Origin: Bugula neritina
Taxonomy: Eukaryota > Animalia > Bryozoa
Assembly: GCA_964035545.1 (NCBI GenBank)
Contig: OZ037765.1
Span: forward strand, 21,204,995-21,268,994
DNA: 64,000 bases
Direction of reading: 5' to 3'
Part shown: piece after piece, positions 18,399 through 32,679 of the stretch
Numbering within the stretch: position 1 is the stretch's first letter
How the letters are laid out: each line of letters begins with the position of its first letter
Notes under the pieces: generated by a model
Database searches by the model: none
The model's input: the letters and a program-made list of their open reading frames with translations, nothing else
What the model was told of the DNA's origin: nothing
Translations under genes and position numbers: made by a program

Positions 18399-21300
18399 TC
18401 AACTAAGTTGCTGAGACTTCCTGCTACTTCTGCGTTCAGATCTTGTCCGGCGAATTGGATGAGAGTTTGCATTACCGCCGGTCGCTAATGTCTCCTCGTC
18501 AATGACTCGACTACGTCGATCTGATCCAGTTCGTCTGATGGTGTCCGTGTTGGGCGATTCCTCTAGAAGATCTGCAATAGCTCGGTCTAATTCGGCCAGT
18601 CTCGCCTGATACAACATTTGAGATTCGTCACTGTAACTAGTGTCTCCAACTACAACATAGATTAGAATGTGTCCGAATTGGTTTATAAATACTTATTAAA
18701 AACACTTGCACCCATTTTTATTATAAGTTTCAGAGGCATCGGTGACCTGCAAGATTTCTATAATTGCTGTATGCAGTGACTTTGAAACAATTACAGAATG
18801 TAATTGAAATTTATATAGTTGGTAGTAAATGCTAAGAGATAACATTCTGGCTGCAAATTTGTGAAATTCCATTGCAGATACAATGAAGTTGAAAGTAATA
18901 AAACTTCAGTATTCGTTTTTGTAGTAGATGTCAATATGTTGAAAAGTTTCCAAATCTTTTTATAAATCATGGCACGATATTCCTCATGGAATTGTATCAA
19001 AATTACATTAATATGCACCTGCAACTTGAGCTGGTTCACTTTTAGTCACTCCTAAGCTATTCATAGATAAATTGGCAGCGTTGCTAGCTGATGGTCGTGC
19101 TGAACTACTTCCACTCATAGCACTTCCTAATGTCGATGGTGAGTTGTATTCTCGTGGTAATGCTCTTTCAGCTATAGTCTGTCTTTGTTCATCAGCTGTT
19201 TGGAGCGACATTGCTATAGCAAGTGACAAGTCATCGTCTTGATTTTCTAGAGAATATTAAATAGAGATAATAGCTATTTAGAGAAAAGTTATATACATAA
19301 TAAACACACAATTAAGTTACACTAAACGAAGCTTATGAGGTGGCTCCCTAACTAAGTAATTGTTTCAAGTTGAAAACATATTTCAAATTTAAATTAAATA
19401 TTAGCGTCAACACTAAATACAACCATGTTAAGTTCATGGAGGAAATTTTGGGGGTTTGACAGCTCGGGGTTGTAGATTAGAAATAACACCAACGGTGCCT
19501 CACTACCTGTATAGTCTGATTGGGAGAGTCTGAGAACATGTTCTAGAATTGGGTCAGGAGGGAGATCTGTTACATTTATGCCTAAACGCTGACGTAGAGA
19601 TGCGCCTTCATCATCTCCACTAAAAATATAATACATTAGGTTATGAATAAGCGTTGAGAAGAAACTAAAAAAACAAGATCAGCTATAAAAATATTTGAGT
19701 TCAGATTGCCCAAACAGTAACAAACCATTAAGTAAAATACTTGCTAAATAACTAAAATAAAAATTATATAGTAATTACTGCATCAATTAGAAATAACTTT
19801 ATAAACTCTACCACATATTTCATAGCAGCCAGTAAACATTTGGACTTGCTATACACTTTATCATTGTATGGCATGCAATGTACCTGGCATCACTACTACT
19901 TCCTGTTGTTAGGGAATCCATATCCTGTAATAACTGTAACCTTGACATTTCTAAGGCTTGCAGTAAATCTATCTGTCTGTTTGTTCCTTGGCTCTTGCCT
20001 AAAAACATTTACCTTCTTTTAGTAACATTAACATTGCAGCAGCATTCTTTAAAATAATTTCACTTTAATAGAATTGATTGAATCTAAAAAAATACTAAAT
20101 TTAGCATGATTTCAAATTGATGTGCATAAAAAAGTTAAATGATTCAATTTAGTCATTGTATAGCAGTAAATCATTAAAAATTAATATACACAATTCAAAC
20201 ATAATATTAACCCTACTTTTCCGTTTAGCTTTGGATAAGTAATCTTTTTTGAGACAGCTAAGACTGCAGTAGTAGTGATGTTTATTAGGAGCACTGGAAT
20301 GTTTCAACCGTGGTTTGTTGCAGTTGCTTGCTCTACAGAGACCTGAAAATATATGATTCAGCCCTTAGTCAACCACGGACACTTTTATACCATCTTCAGT
20401 TCCCAGTGAATCGTAAAATACAACTAGATATTATTATCATATTATAAAATATGTGACCTCGCCTAGACGTGCTCTCATCACTTGAGTCATCATCACTGTC
20501 GGAGAGCCAAGCACCTGAACTGCTTCCTTTTCTGTTTCGTATAAAAGGTGAAGGAGTGATGCCACCCTTGTTGCCCTGTAAATGATAAGCAAACGCAATG
20601 AAAGAATTACTGAAATCAAAATTGAATTTTATCAATGGAACATCTAAAACTCAAACTAGATTTACCTATTGAAGGTAGACAAGTGGTGTGTTCATTGTTT
20701 GTTTGTTAAACACCATATTTGGGTATTTTACAAAATTAACTTCCTTAATCTACAGATTTTTAGGTAAACAACAAATACAAATTGATTAGCATTACGGTAG
20801 GCAACCTAATAGAATAAAGAAGTCACTTTATTTTCTGCTTAAACCTTTAATATGCCTATAATGACTGTCAAAAGCCATCAAATAAAACTAGCGGTTAAAA
20901 TAAATCAGACTAAGCCTCAGTACCTACATTAAGACCAAGTCTAGCTCAATTATAAAGCAAACTCACTTGTGGTAAAAGACCATTAGCTATAGAACTCAAG
21001 AACTCTTCAGTCTTTTCTGCAAGCTGTTTTGTCGTTTTAACTATTTGCTCTTTCGGAGTTCTTAAATATGGTCTTGCAACAATCTCAGATAAATATTCCG
21101 TTTTTTCTTCAAGCTCCGTCTAAAGATACAAATATATAATTGCTTCATATGTTAAAAATAAACAATGCCAGAACAAGAGTCCTTGTTCTAGCATTGTTTT
21201 ATGAATTACTAAATTCTTTATGCTTCAGAACTGTTGAAAAATTCTTAACAAAATTACTGAACTTGCAAAGACTAATTATAACATGGTTTTTGCTGCTTTA

Positions 21301-24300
21301 ACTTTACTATAAGTCCCAGCAAAGAATTTTAAAAATTATAAAACTTCAATGCAGCATTGTAAAAGACTGTTTTGGTATGTAAAGACACCCTATTGATTTT
21401 TAGCAATTATTACAAAGGTTTTGTACTTTACTAATTTCAATAAAATTTAAGCATACACAATATAAAGCAGTGGAAGTATCAGAAGTAAGATACACAGATT
21501 GTAAAAGCTTTCGTATAAGATTTAACTATACTTTTGCTTTTGAATTAACATATACCAAAACTTCAATTTAGAAAAACATATCTAGAAAAGATTATCACCT
21601 GAAGAAGTTCAAAGACCATACGCTTGACATTATGATCTTTGAGGTAGTAGCCAAACACGTAGGTAAACTGAAGAAATTGTCTAGCTTTAATGAGAACGGA
21701 AATGGCTTCCTCAATAAATTTGGCAGCAGTCAAACTGCTATTCTGTAACTCGAAAGAAGAAGTAGAAGCGGAACGAAGAGCTTTCTCCCGTTGCAGTGTA
21801 TGGACGCTGATGAGCTGAGCCATCTTCTGCTGAGCCTGGTCTAGAAGCGGGCGCTCCAACTAAAAAATATTATTCTAATCCAGTTAAACTTTAGTGCAAG
21901 CAGTTCTAACACAAACTGCGCAATGTCTAAAAAGTAAAAAAGATAAAAGCTTTCATATATTATTGTAAAGAAAAGAGAAAACATTTTGTTAAAGCCAGCT
22001 ATTAATTTTTCAATGCAAATTCATATAAATTGATATGTTGTGGAAATAACCTCTAGGCTACGTTTATGATTCTCGTATCTGCTATAGTAATGAACAAATC
22101 GGTTGAGCTCCTGCAAAGCTTGATGTTTCTCCGATGCACTCGACACTTCACTCTTGTGATTCTCGTCAACCTTATCTACTACTTCAAACCTCGTACAGCG
22201 AAAGAACCCTCCAGTTAGTGAGTTGTGCAGCTTCCATGGTTCTAGACACACCCAGCAGAAGTCATGCTTGCACTAGTAAAAAAATAAGCTATTCTATACA
22301 GACTATTAAATAGCTGCTAGGTAAAACAATCAAGTTGTCTCGAAAATATTCTCAAGTAGTAAAGTGAGAGTAGCCTTTTATTGAGCAATACTCAATCACT
22401 CAGGAATAATGATTTAGCATGCTAAGCTAAGCATAAACATCATGAAGTTTTTTTTAGTCACTTTGATTAGAAATTGAACATTTGCGGACAATAAAGTAAC
22501 TTGTTGAATGTAGGTAATGGTATTTCGCTTGCTAGAATAAATACTAACTCACGGATGATGTAAGATACCGAAACCCGATACTAATGGCTCCTTGTATGAA
22601 ATATGAACTGTGGCTTACATTGCACATAATTACTCACCTTGGAGCATTTCATATGATTGCATCCTTCATTTTTCTCTATAGGGGATTTACAATTTGGACA
22701 TTTCTTGGAGTTGCTTAACATCCAGAATACGTTGGCAGCTGATTCGGACTGTTTATTAATATCCTTAAACTCGTCTGTTTTCATCTAATAAACAAACATA
22801 TAACAAATTACAAATATACAACTTTAGTAAATTAAAAGAAATTTCTGTTTGTGCGTGCATGTTGTGCGTGTGTTCACAATTTCATAATGCATATACATAC
22901 ATGTTTCTGTGTGCGTTGTACGTGTACTGTGTGTGTTTTGTATGTGTGTGTTGTGTATGTGTGTTGTGTATGAGTGTTTTGTATGTGTGTTTTGTCTGTG
23001 AGTGCCCGTGTGTGTGCGCGTGTGTGCGTGGTGTGTGTGTGCGTGTGAGTGCCCGTGTGTGTGCGCGTGTGTGTGTGGTGTGTATATGTATGTACCTGTG
23101 CAATTTTGTTCAACCAGTTCTTGTAGTCCTCACAAGAGGCCGGATCATGAGGTTCCATCTGACACATCCAACAGAAAGCATGGCCATTACTACAGTGAGC
23201 AGTGAACGACTGGTACTGCTGGCTTCTAGAGTGTGAAGATGCAGCAGAACTAATAGACTCAGACCTATCTCTCTGCGGGTTCTGTATAGCCGACCCGCAG
23301 CCAGGGTGAGGACACCACACCAGTTGCGGGTTTCCAGCCACAAATGCCTGGAAAAAAACATTCTAAGTGTGAGTGAAAATAAACCAAAAGCAAAATAAAA
23401 AAATTAACACAGAAAAATCATTTTATTTAACATACTGAAATAGTAGATCCAATTATTTGTAAACTTGAGCATACAAATGTCGATGAGTCATCAGACTGAC
23501 AGTACAAATAATTTTGATGAAGCCAACCTTGATATCAAACTGAAGATATCTCTTAGCCATGTTGGTTGATACTTTAGACTCTATGAATTCCACTGGTACT
23601 AATATATTGCAATCAATTGCTGGGCATATGATATTGTGAGCATCACCTTCTTTGATCTTGATGTTCAAATAACTAAAAAAGCGGTTCACGTTAGTGATAT
23701 AACAAAAGCCAGTAGAGCATTCAGTTGACAGTCTGTAATGCATATATTACAGTGTATAGAGATTAAGCTGTATGAAATGAAGTTACCTATACTCTATTAT
23801 GTATTAGATGATACACTATTTCCTCAATAGGCACTCAATTGTAAAGTGAAATCCCAAAATAATTCATCAAATAAGACCAACCCTATTGCATAACTATGTT
23901 AACGTCACACATAGAGTTCAATAGATGCAACAAAAAATAAAGTTTTTTGAAAATAATAATCCAATCATGACTAAGCAATACTTACTCTGTCCAACATGTC
24001 TGACAGAAAGAGTGTTCACACATCATCGGGAAGCTGTCTTCCTCATTCACAATGTCGTCAAAACATATCTCACACTGAAAAGTTGTGTTAAAAATAAATA
24101 TACATTAATGATATATAACAAGGCAATTTTTCATTCATTAGACATTTCTATATTCGTGCATTATGTACATGACTTCATTTACTAACTATATTACAAAAGT
24201 CAAGAGATTCAGAAAAATTTCACTTACAGTAGTTGGAGTGAAGTCTCTATTTGCAGAAGACGCGGTCATGATATTCAACTCGTGGTCGCCTCCAGTTACA

Positions 24301-27300
24301 TCATTGAGATTTTCAGGAGGGACAATTCCAGATATTTCACAGCACTTTACGGGGTCCACAATCCATGCCTCTAACAGCACCTCTCTCGACCACTCTACAA
24401 TACACACTACAATACAGTGCTCTCTCCATATCTCACAGTTCCTTTACTCACAAAACTCTATCGGACCCCGTTATATGGCTTATGTAGGTGTGTATAGAGA
24501 CAAAACGGCTGCATTTAATGGATTCGTGAGCTAAATCTGGTATTCTACTATGTCACGAATCAACAAGTTTTCAGGACCAGTATCTCACTAAGCTATGGAG
24601 GGAGCACTGTACTAAATGCAAGTATAGCAACACACTTTTACTGCATGTAATATAAGAGAAACAGTTAATGGGAAATACCAAGACAAGCTTGTAAAGGCGA
24701 AAACCTCACCTATTTGCAGTTTTATAAAATAAATGACACAGTAAGGAACCAGCCTGCCAACTTTAGCTGTTTCCTAGCAAATATTTTGTTGTCAATGGTC
24801 AAACATTCCAGGCAAAAATATTTAGTGATATTAATATAGATTGCATGATCAACTATTCATTCAACATAAAGAAGGTTCCAGACCATTGAGTTGCCATTTG
24901 CAAGATTTTTGAACAATATTTTATATGGCAGAGATAATATTATGGGTTTAAACTTTGAATGCACTAAAATATAAATATTATGTTAATGAATAACTGAACA
25001 CCCAACAGATAACAGACAGTGATAAGATAAGCTCCGACATTCATCTGTTGATAGTGAAGCATCATTTCTAATTTCTCATGATTGTTCAATTTCTACATTT
25101 ATTGAAATTAGAGATAAAATTGTTATTATTATATAACTATGAGAGCGTATAGCACTGAGGACTTGTAGAATCATCTCTAGTTTGCCAAGTATTTGTAGAA
25201 ATGCTGGCAAAAAGGAATTTAAAAATAACTGTAAACACAAACGAAAGTTCCTAGCATAGCCTCATCATATGACCAACACATTAGCAAATAAACTGAGGGG
25301 AAGGCAAGTGCAGAAATTCTGATTTTCCTTTCAAAATAGCATAAGTTCTGGCAGAACTCTTCATCGGGGAAATTCTTCTGAATATGAACTTAGCAATTGT
25401 ATCCCCAATTCAAATTTCAAACAAAAACTATAAACCCAAACTAAGCAAAAGGGTAAAAGAGCAGGTAATGTATGGTGAGTTGGTACTTTAGTGAGCAGTA
25501 ACCTGTAGCTACCTATTTTGATCACTACTTGTGTAATCAGGAAATTTCCCCTTGAATTAAGATAAAAAGCTGACGAAATTTGAAGCCGAGATTTAAACAA
25601 TTCCAATAACAAGTACTAAAACTACAATCATAGAACTAACAGGATGGATTCCAAGATACAAACACTGCAAACAGAAATAGACCTCAATTGAAACTAACTA
25701 GAGGGCCTAGCATGGGGAAGCACACACCACCTATCAGAATATTAGACGAAAGACTTAGTTAGATTTTAAGCTTAGTTTCTATACATTGGATAATTTCATT
25801 TGTTGGCTAACATCAACCCAAGTATAGCAGGCTGGGGCTGGTCTCTTATCACAGAGTTTGAGCAGCATATGGCAAACAGCTAATAGGCAGCAAAACAGCT
25901 GGACAAAGGTTTTGTCTGCTTGGTGCAGATGTTACATAATTTTGAGCTTTAACCAAAACTGATTTATGTAAATATACTAAGAGAAGAGATCCATAACATA
26001 CTATGGTGACGTAGCAAGACTTCAGCTGTGAACAAAGGAACTCTCAGCATATCTGAAGTCTCCACAATTAAAGAGTCTTTGGCTTCCTGCAGCTCCTGAG
26101 GCCTCAAGCCTTGATAGGATTCCTCCCTGATGATGTCATCGGTGCCCGTCTCCTCTTCAACTGCTGTGCCTGAGTTTTCTGAGTCATCATTGTTCTGTGG
26201 AATGAAAATAAAACTAAAATAATTCTATACACACAATACATGGCCACTTATTTACAATACATTAAAACTGTATGGAAAAGGTCCTATTAAATGGCAGACC
26301 TATATTTCAGTAAAGTACAACAATTAAATTATATTATCTCGATGGCTACTGCCCAGTTGTCTTTTACAGCCTACCATGAACTAGTTTTAGATTTGCTAAA
26401 TCTATTTATTGAATTAGCATGTGCATTAGAAAATGTATCCTATGTTATAGGAGGGTAAACACAGCTTAGAATGCACAAAATAAGGTAAAATGGTGAATAC
26501 TTTTGATATATTTTAGTGTCTTTACACAGTAAAGTATATATTTTCACACTAATATAGTAAACAGCAAACACTATGTTAGTTAAACTTTTTGGCTTAAAAC
26601 TTTCTAACGGCGTGAGAAAATTTTAGTTAGTGGAAAAAATTTACAAATTAAAACACAATTGATTTAAAGTCAACTACTCCCAACTAAACTGAGACAGTAA
26701 AAGTAGGCTTGTGTCATAGCCTAGATGGCTACATTATATTTGGAGTCAAGTAGAGCTGAGGTAAGCCACACACTCCATTCAGGATAGTAGAGTACCAATG
26801 CCCTTCTAGTGGGCAGATGGTAAACTGTGCCACAAAACATGTCAAAACTTTAGGAAAAACTCTAAAACTGAATTTTTTTTCAAAAAAGCTTGAAATTAAG
26901 TAAGCAGTAGGTTACAGAAAATGCAAAGAATAAAATGATGACTGAATTTGTAGGCAAATAATGCAAACAAATGTGATACTAGGACAGTAATTGACATGAT
27001 GTGATCGGCTGACAGAATAAATATTTGTTAGTGTGACAGGAAGATAAGGGTTTCTTATCGGCAAACTATTGCCCATTTGTTGTGACTGGCAATCAATAAA
27101 CTGGGTTGTAACACAAACACAGCTACTTTTAAACTCTCAGTATACTTTGTAAAGTACAAACCAGCACTGACTACAGGCCACACTCTACAGCTAATAAATA
27201 TAAATCATCTAAATTTCATTCTCAAGTATTATCCCAGCTAACAAAAGTATTTGTACTACAAGCATTGTATAACCGAAACAAAGAAATCTTGGTTCTATCT

Positions 27301-30214
27301 TTGTTAGTAAAAAGGCAATGTTGTTGCAGAATTACATTGATGTGTATTGTTAGAGGACTCTGAACAATAGACTATCAGCTCTCAGCATAAAGGAAATGTT
27401 TGTAGAACAGTATGCTAATCTCTAACAACTATTGGGGGGATTTAGACTGCACTGGTAGGGCCCAAGTGTTGAGCAATGGGAGTGTGGTGTAGTTTTAAAC
27501 AGTTGAATGATGAGATTATTGGAACTGGCCACTTACATAGAACACCATTTTAGACTCTAAGTACTGGGCTATGTTTATCATAGAAGCTTTCTCCGCCATT
27601 TCACAAGGGGTTTGCCTGGCATTATTTTCAACAAACATGGGGGCACCCAGTTCAATTAACAGCTACAAAATAAAAATGGTTACAAAAGACAGCAATCAAA
27701 AGCAATAAAACTGTGACAACTAAACAAAGCGAGCAAAGAAGCTCATACTACCAGTAGAATAGCTTGGGGGTTTGGGGTTTGGGGTTTGCTGCTACTTTAC
27801 TGTTTAGCAAGCAAAAATAGTACTTGTTTCAGTATTGAATTTTATTGAAATTTAAAGGTTTTAAAATTTAAATTAAACTTAAAACTTCGAATAGGTGGTT
27901 ACCAAGTCTATACCATGCAAACAATGGTCTGTAAGTCAATGGAACTTGTGGTTGCATAACTGACTGGTTAAAGTAGGGAATAAGGAAGTTGGGAAATTCT
28001 CAGTTATCAGCACACTAATGCTATTAGACTAAATGATTGGAGCAACCAAGCTTATATACTCAATTATTCACACGCTAATAGCATTATATTCACGTAGGAA
28101 AACTGCCTCTACTAACCTTAACACAGGACATGAGCCCAGCTTGTGCTGCGTAGTGCAATGCTGTATTTCCCAACTACAAAATTCATCAACATTTACCTAT
28201 TTTCCTTCAGTTATTATGAAATACAGCTATTTAAATGTAATGAGAGTTGATAAGGGCTGAACTACCAATAGTAAAACTACCATGTATATATAAAGATTCC
28301 CGAATATATAAGATAATTGCAGCAGCATACTAGCTACTATTAGCAGCTAATATGTTGTAGGTAATATATAATAGTATTGTTTGGTGTGAGTAATAGTTAT
28401 AGGTAGTGGCTAGTTATATATAACTACTAGTTAGTGTGTAGTTAATAGTTAAATGTAGCCACTAGTTGGTATATAATCAATAGTTATATATATGTACCTA
28501 CTAGTTAGTAAGTAATTAATCTAGGTAGTAGGTAGTAAGTATTATGAAGGTAAGTAGGTAGTAGATGTTGGTATGAAGGTAAGTAGATAGTAGATGTTGG
28601 TATGAAGGTAAGTAGATAGAAGATGTTGGTATGAAGGTAAGTAGATAGTAGATGTTGGTATGAAGGTAAGTAGATAGTAGATGTTGGTATGAAGGTAAGT
28701 AGGTAGTAGATGTTGGTATGAAGGTAAGTAGGTAGTAGATGTTGGTATGAAGGCATGCAGTTAGATGTAGTTCAGAGTTCATAGTTTGTGCAGGTGATTA
28801 GGGATAGAATAGTTGCACAAGACACTACAGGCACCTGCTACTGGATGGCATACCCAGTGCCTACCAGCCACTTCAGTTGCCAAAAAAGATTTGAAAGAGA
28901 GCATGCGAATACCAATGTGTGGATAGTCAGTATATACATAAATAGAGCTATTTGTCTCTGTAGTAGTCAATAAATGGTAAGCTATTACTCATTCTTAACT
29001 CACTTATTGAAGTCATCAGTGTAATATCATTATTAAAATTTAATCATATTTCAAATGATTTGGCCATCTCTAAGACTAAATTCAAATCTAGAGCTTTTAA
29101 TCTAAATACTATGCAACTATGTTCAGATATCTTTTGTGCAGACCTTGTCTTGGGCTGCAACATCCAGTTTCTCATGAGTCCCATCAGTTAGGAGAGACCC
29201 CCTCCAATTTAGTAACATATTGACACACTGCTCATTGGCTGTTTTGTTGGCATTTGTGTGATCACCACTAAACTGACAGGCACAATGTAAAGAGGATTCA
29301 TTGTTCCCGTTTTTCTTGTTTGGATTGCCATCATACTCAAATAAAAATAACCTGGAAACAAAAGATCTATTTTAATAAGGAAATATGTAGACAACAGCTA
29401 TGTTTGCAATGACATCAGCTGTATATATTTGTGAAATAGATTAGGTTTAATCCATTAGACAAATCCTGAAATAAAATAAATTTAACCTAAAGTCTAGTCA
29501 CCAAAAGAAAGAAAGTCATTTCAGGAAATGGCCATTTGCCATTAAAGTTTAGGCAACATTCATGAAAATGGAATGGCATAGGATTGGAAAAACACAAAGG
29601 AGAGTTGTTAATGTTTGTGTGATGAGTCATACGAATAGCTAAATTTATAAAGTTTTTATGAGTTGAGCAAAAAATATTAGTAATAATTTAAAATTCATAT
29701 ATCATTGTATTGAAATACACAACTTGGAAATTACTTGGCATGCAAAGTAGTTGAATTCAGTCATGATACAATGATAGCTACATCTCAACTGTAGACTTAA
29801 CTGAAAAAGTCTGGTAAATTCAAAAGAAACCTGTTGGAAAATTAACTATTTTTGCCCAGTAATTTGTACATTTAATTCCTTCAAAAATGGTTCATAGCAA
29901 CATTTGCGAACGTTACTACTTTGGATTTCTCATATCTTTCAAAACTGTCAACACTGTGATTCACGAGGATATTTTTAGTGAAGAGTTGGGCAAATACAGT
30001 TCATATCTAAATGACCCAGACAGTACCTGAGGAGTCGATGCATAGAATGTCTAGCCACTAAATGCAAAGCTGAATCATGGTTGTATCTGTCACCATAAGA
30101 CACATTAGGATCAAATTTCTTGTGAAGATCTTTATTTGTGTCAAATAAAGACAATGCTGCTGTTTCATCTCCTTTAACTAACTTCTTTTTCAACTTTGAA
30201 CCTGAGCTTCCCAT
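18399..30214 (-). CDS. ANKIB1: Ankyrin repeat and IBR domain-containing RBR E3 ubiquitin ligase, 19 coding exons
   Basis: Exons 30027-30214, 29144-29351, 28117-28173, 27537-27662, 26002-26194, 24228-24394, 23986-24074, 23528-23672, 23096-23347, 22638-22784, 22051-22272, 21599-21859, 20967-21119, 20458-20575, 20217-20342, 19884-19998, 19507-19619, 19019-19246, 18399-18649. Contains MGSSGSK start, ankyrin repeats (GNTALHYAA), LESKMVF, RING1 (CEIC...CEHSFCQTC), IBR (WCPHPGC...GHAFCWMC), RING2 ([19 protein letters not shown]), Ariadne-like region and UIM ([11 protein letters not shown]). The C-terminal exons are less certain. Confidence 0.93.
22848..23092. repeat. Degenerate (GT/CA)n microsatellite filling most of an ANKIB1 intron
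   Basis: Interrupted GT repeats with a duplicated 'gtgagtgcccgtgtgtgtgcgcgtgtgtg'. CA-rich on the sense strand, starting right after the donor at 23095. Confidence 0.88.
28525..28753. repeat. 29-bp minisatellite, ~7.5 copies, in ANKIB1 coding intron 2
   Basis: Unit GATGTTGGTATGAAGGTAAGTAG(A/G)TAGTA; copies are nearly identical. Confidence 0.93.
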
Positions 30215-31959
30215 ATTAACTGTTATTGTGAACTCACTTGTTTATATCCATACTTGATAGTTTGACAAGTATCTGTGCAAAAGATAAGAAAGCAAAATCA
30301 GTCCATATTTGTATAAATTTCTATTTATATAAATAGACACTTGCTGACTATTAAAATCTTACTTTTGTTAATTCTTAGTCATAATTTCAATTTATCTCAT
30401 CACTGTTTGCACTTGGTTTGGCAACAATTATCTCCTGGCATATATTATTTACATAACTATAATTTTAATGGCTTTATTCATGAAAAGTTACACAATGATA
30501 ATAAAATTATTCCGCCAAAGGAAAAAACACTACTGAGGGCATTTGTAACTTGATTACAAATGTTTATATACTAACACACAAAATAAAAAGAATCTGTTTA
30601 CATTAACCTGTTGGTCACAGGTGTTGGCTTGAACATCTCCATGAAAATTTGATTAACATCACTAAAAATTTGGGTGACATAAGCTGTGCAAAGGCCTATC
30701 ACATAACTCTGTAAAATTATGCTATTGATCAAATGCAGTCAACTGTAAAAGTACAATTTATTGCTATTTTATTAACTATATCCACTAACACACTACACCA
30801 ATGAGCTACAGCAATTTTCAACTTTTATACATTGAAATAACTATAGCCCTGTTAGTTATAATGCAATAGTTATTTTGAAAATTGTAACACTGCACAAAGT
30901 TATGTAGCTTAACCCAAGTCACACACATAGCTAACATGTGGTACTATAAGTTATACAAGTCAAACCTTGGCCCTTACACATACCTTGCCACCCACATATC
31001 TATTCCTTTTTATTAGATGCTCAAAGCATAAATATAAAAAATCAGTCATATATGGTAGTGTATTTCACACAGCATTTTTCTGTATATGTATAAAGCTCAA
31101 AATTTATAGCTTTACATCAACATAGTGCTTATAAACAGTAAACATTTAGTTTGCAATTAAAAAATTCTAAAAAAATTATTATTCGACTTTTCATAACCCA
31201 TTTCATAAGACACTTTTGCCTGCTACAGCCTACGGCTAGCGGTATTTTGTCTGCCATGTATATCATTTCGCTAAGGAAACCCAGCAGACTTCAAACATGA
31301 TAATCATATAAGTGCTAGTCAGTGCTTTAGTGCCCATAATCCCACATGTTAGATATTATATAACTTTGTGCAGTATCACTAATACCTGTAAAATTGTATG
31401 CTGCTATAATAAAATTAGTTATCTTATCGGTGATAAAGTTACTAGCTCTAAAAAATCACTAGTCTACCTGTTTTATCCGCAAAGTTAAGTCTGGATTGCC
31501 AAAATATGACAGTTATTCCAATGGTACTAATGATGAGTCTACGTAGCCTTAATCATGATGCTTATCAATTTATCAATATTAAACTACAGAAATAAGCCAG
31601 GTTTTAGAAGCAACACTTAAATCCATTACTTACTAAAATAATTATAAAGAAAATGCTATCTATTAACAATGACAGACATATTCTTAGATTGATGAACATG
31701 ACTACCATGATTATAACCACTAATACTGTGACAAGGTCTGTCTCAGCACTAAATAGTTATAATATTGTCAAAAACAATGACATATTTTTCTCAATATGAT
31801 CGTGGCTATCATGGTTATACTGCTAGCAAAAACCAGTTACAGTCGTATATAGTTAGTTATCAAAATAAAATGACTATAAAGTATAATTAATGAAACAACA
31901 TAATTATAATACAATTTTTACAAAATCTCAAGAACAGAAACTAATCAGATACTTTGAGT

Positions 31960-32620
31960 TAAATTGTCAATACTAATAGTATTATAAAACTAAATAGCAA
32001 CATCAACATAAATATGATAATGAGAAACTACCCAACAATTAATACTAATAGTAATACTGACAGTCACTAATTCAAATTGGCTTACACTTTTAGTTTTACT
32101 AAGTAAATCAATTTTACAGCTGCAGTAACTCTAGTATAAGAATTACAAAATGGTATCACATGATCACTATAATTATCATTATGATTATCATAATGATAAT
32201 CATTACGATTATCATTAAAATTATGATTATTTTCATAATAAAAAACACTGTACTAATAGTAATAGTAGTAATCATTATAAGTTTATCAGAGTTCAGTAAT
32301 AGTTGTAGTATTACACTATTACTATTAGACTTAGAGTTAGTTAATTAGTATTAATATTAATATTATACCTTCAACTTAGGACTAAAAGCTAAACAAGAAT
32401 CTGAATTAGATCAGTAAAACTTTAAGTAACACTAACAGTTGATGTTTATGTTATGACTTAGAGTTAGAGCTAGTCTTACACTTACAGTTAGTGTTACTCT
32501 TATGAGTTAATAATAATCCTATCAATATCATTTCATTATGAGTTTACCATTATGATTATTATAACATAATCATAATGATAATGATAATCATAATGTTAAT
32601 AATATTATTCCAAATCAAAT
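31960..32620. repeat. Degenerate period-3/6 tract in the inferred ANKIB1 5' intron
   Basis: 'atcactataattatcattatgattatcataatgataatcattacgatt', 'actaatagtaatagtagtaat', 'cttacacttacagttagtgttactcttatgagtt'. Confidence 0.8.
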
Positions 32621-32679
32621 TAGTTAATTACAAATAATTCAAATTGAAAATTTTATTCATTGTTAATAAATTATTCACC

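Noticed and set aside
27766-27788. (GGGGTTT)3 telomere-like or G-quadruplex-like run
   Set aside because: Only three G-tracts and ~22 bp; too short to support either interpretation.
28505-28782. Repetitive ORFs and CRISPR-like appearance of the 29-bp repeat
   Set aside because: Head-to-tail units with no unique spacers, eukaryotic intron, no cas genes. The same applies to the 30-bp and 25-bp repeats.
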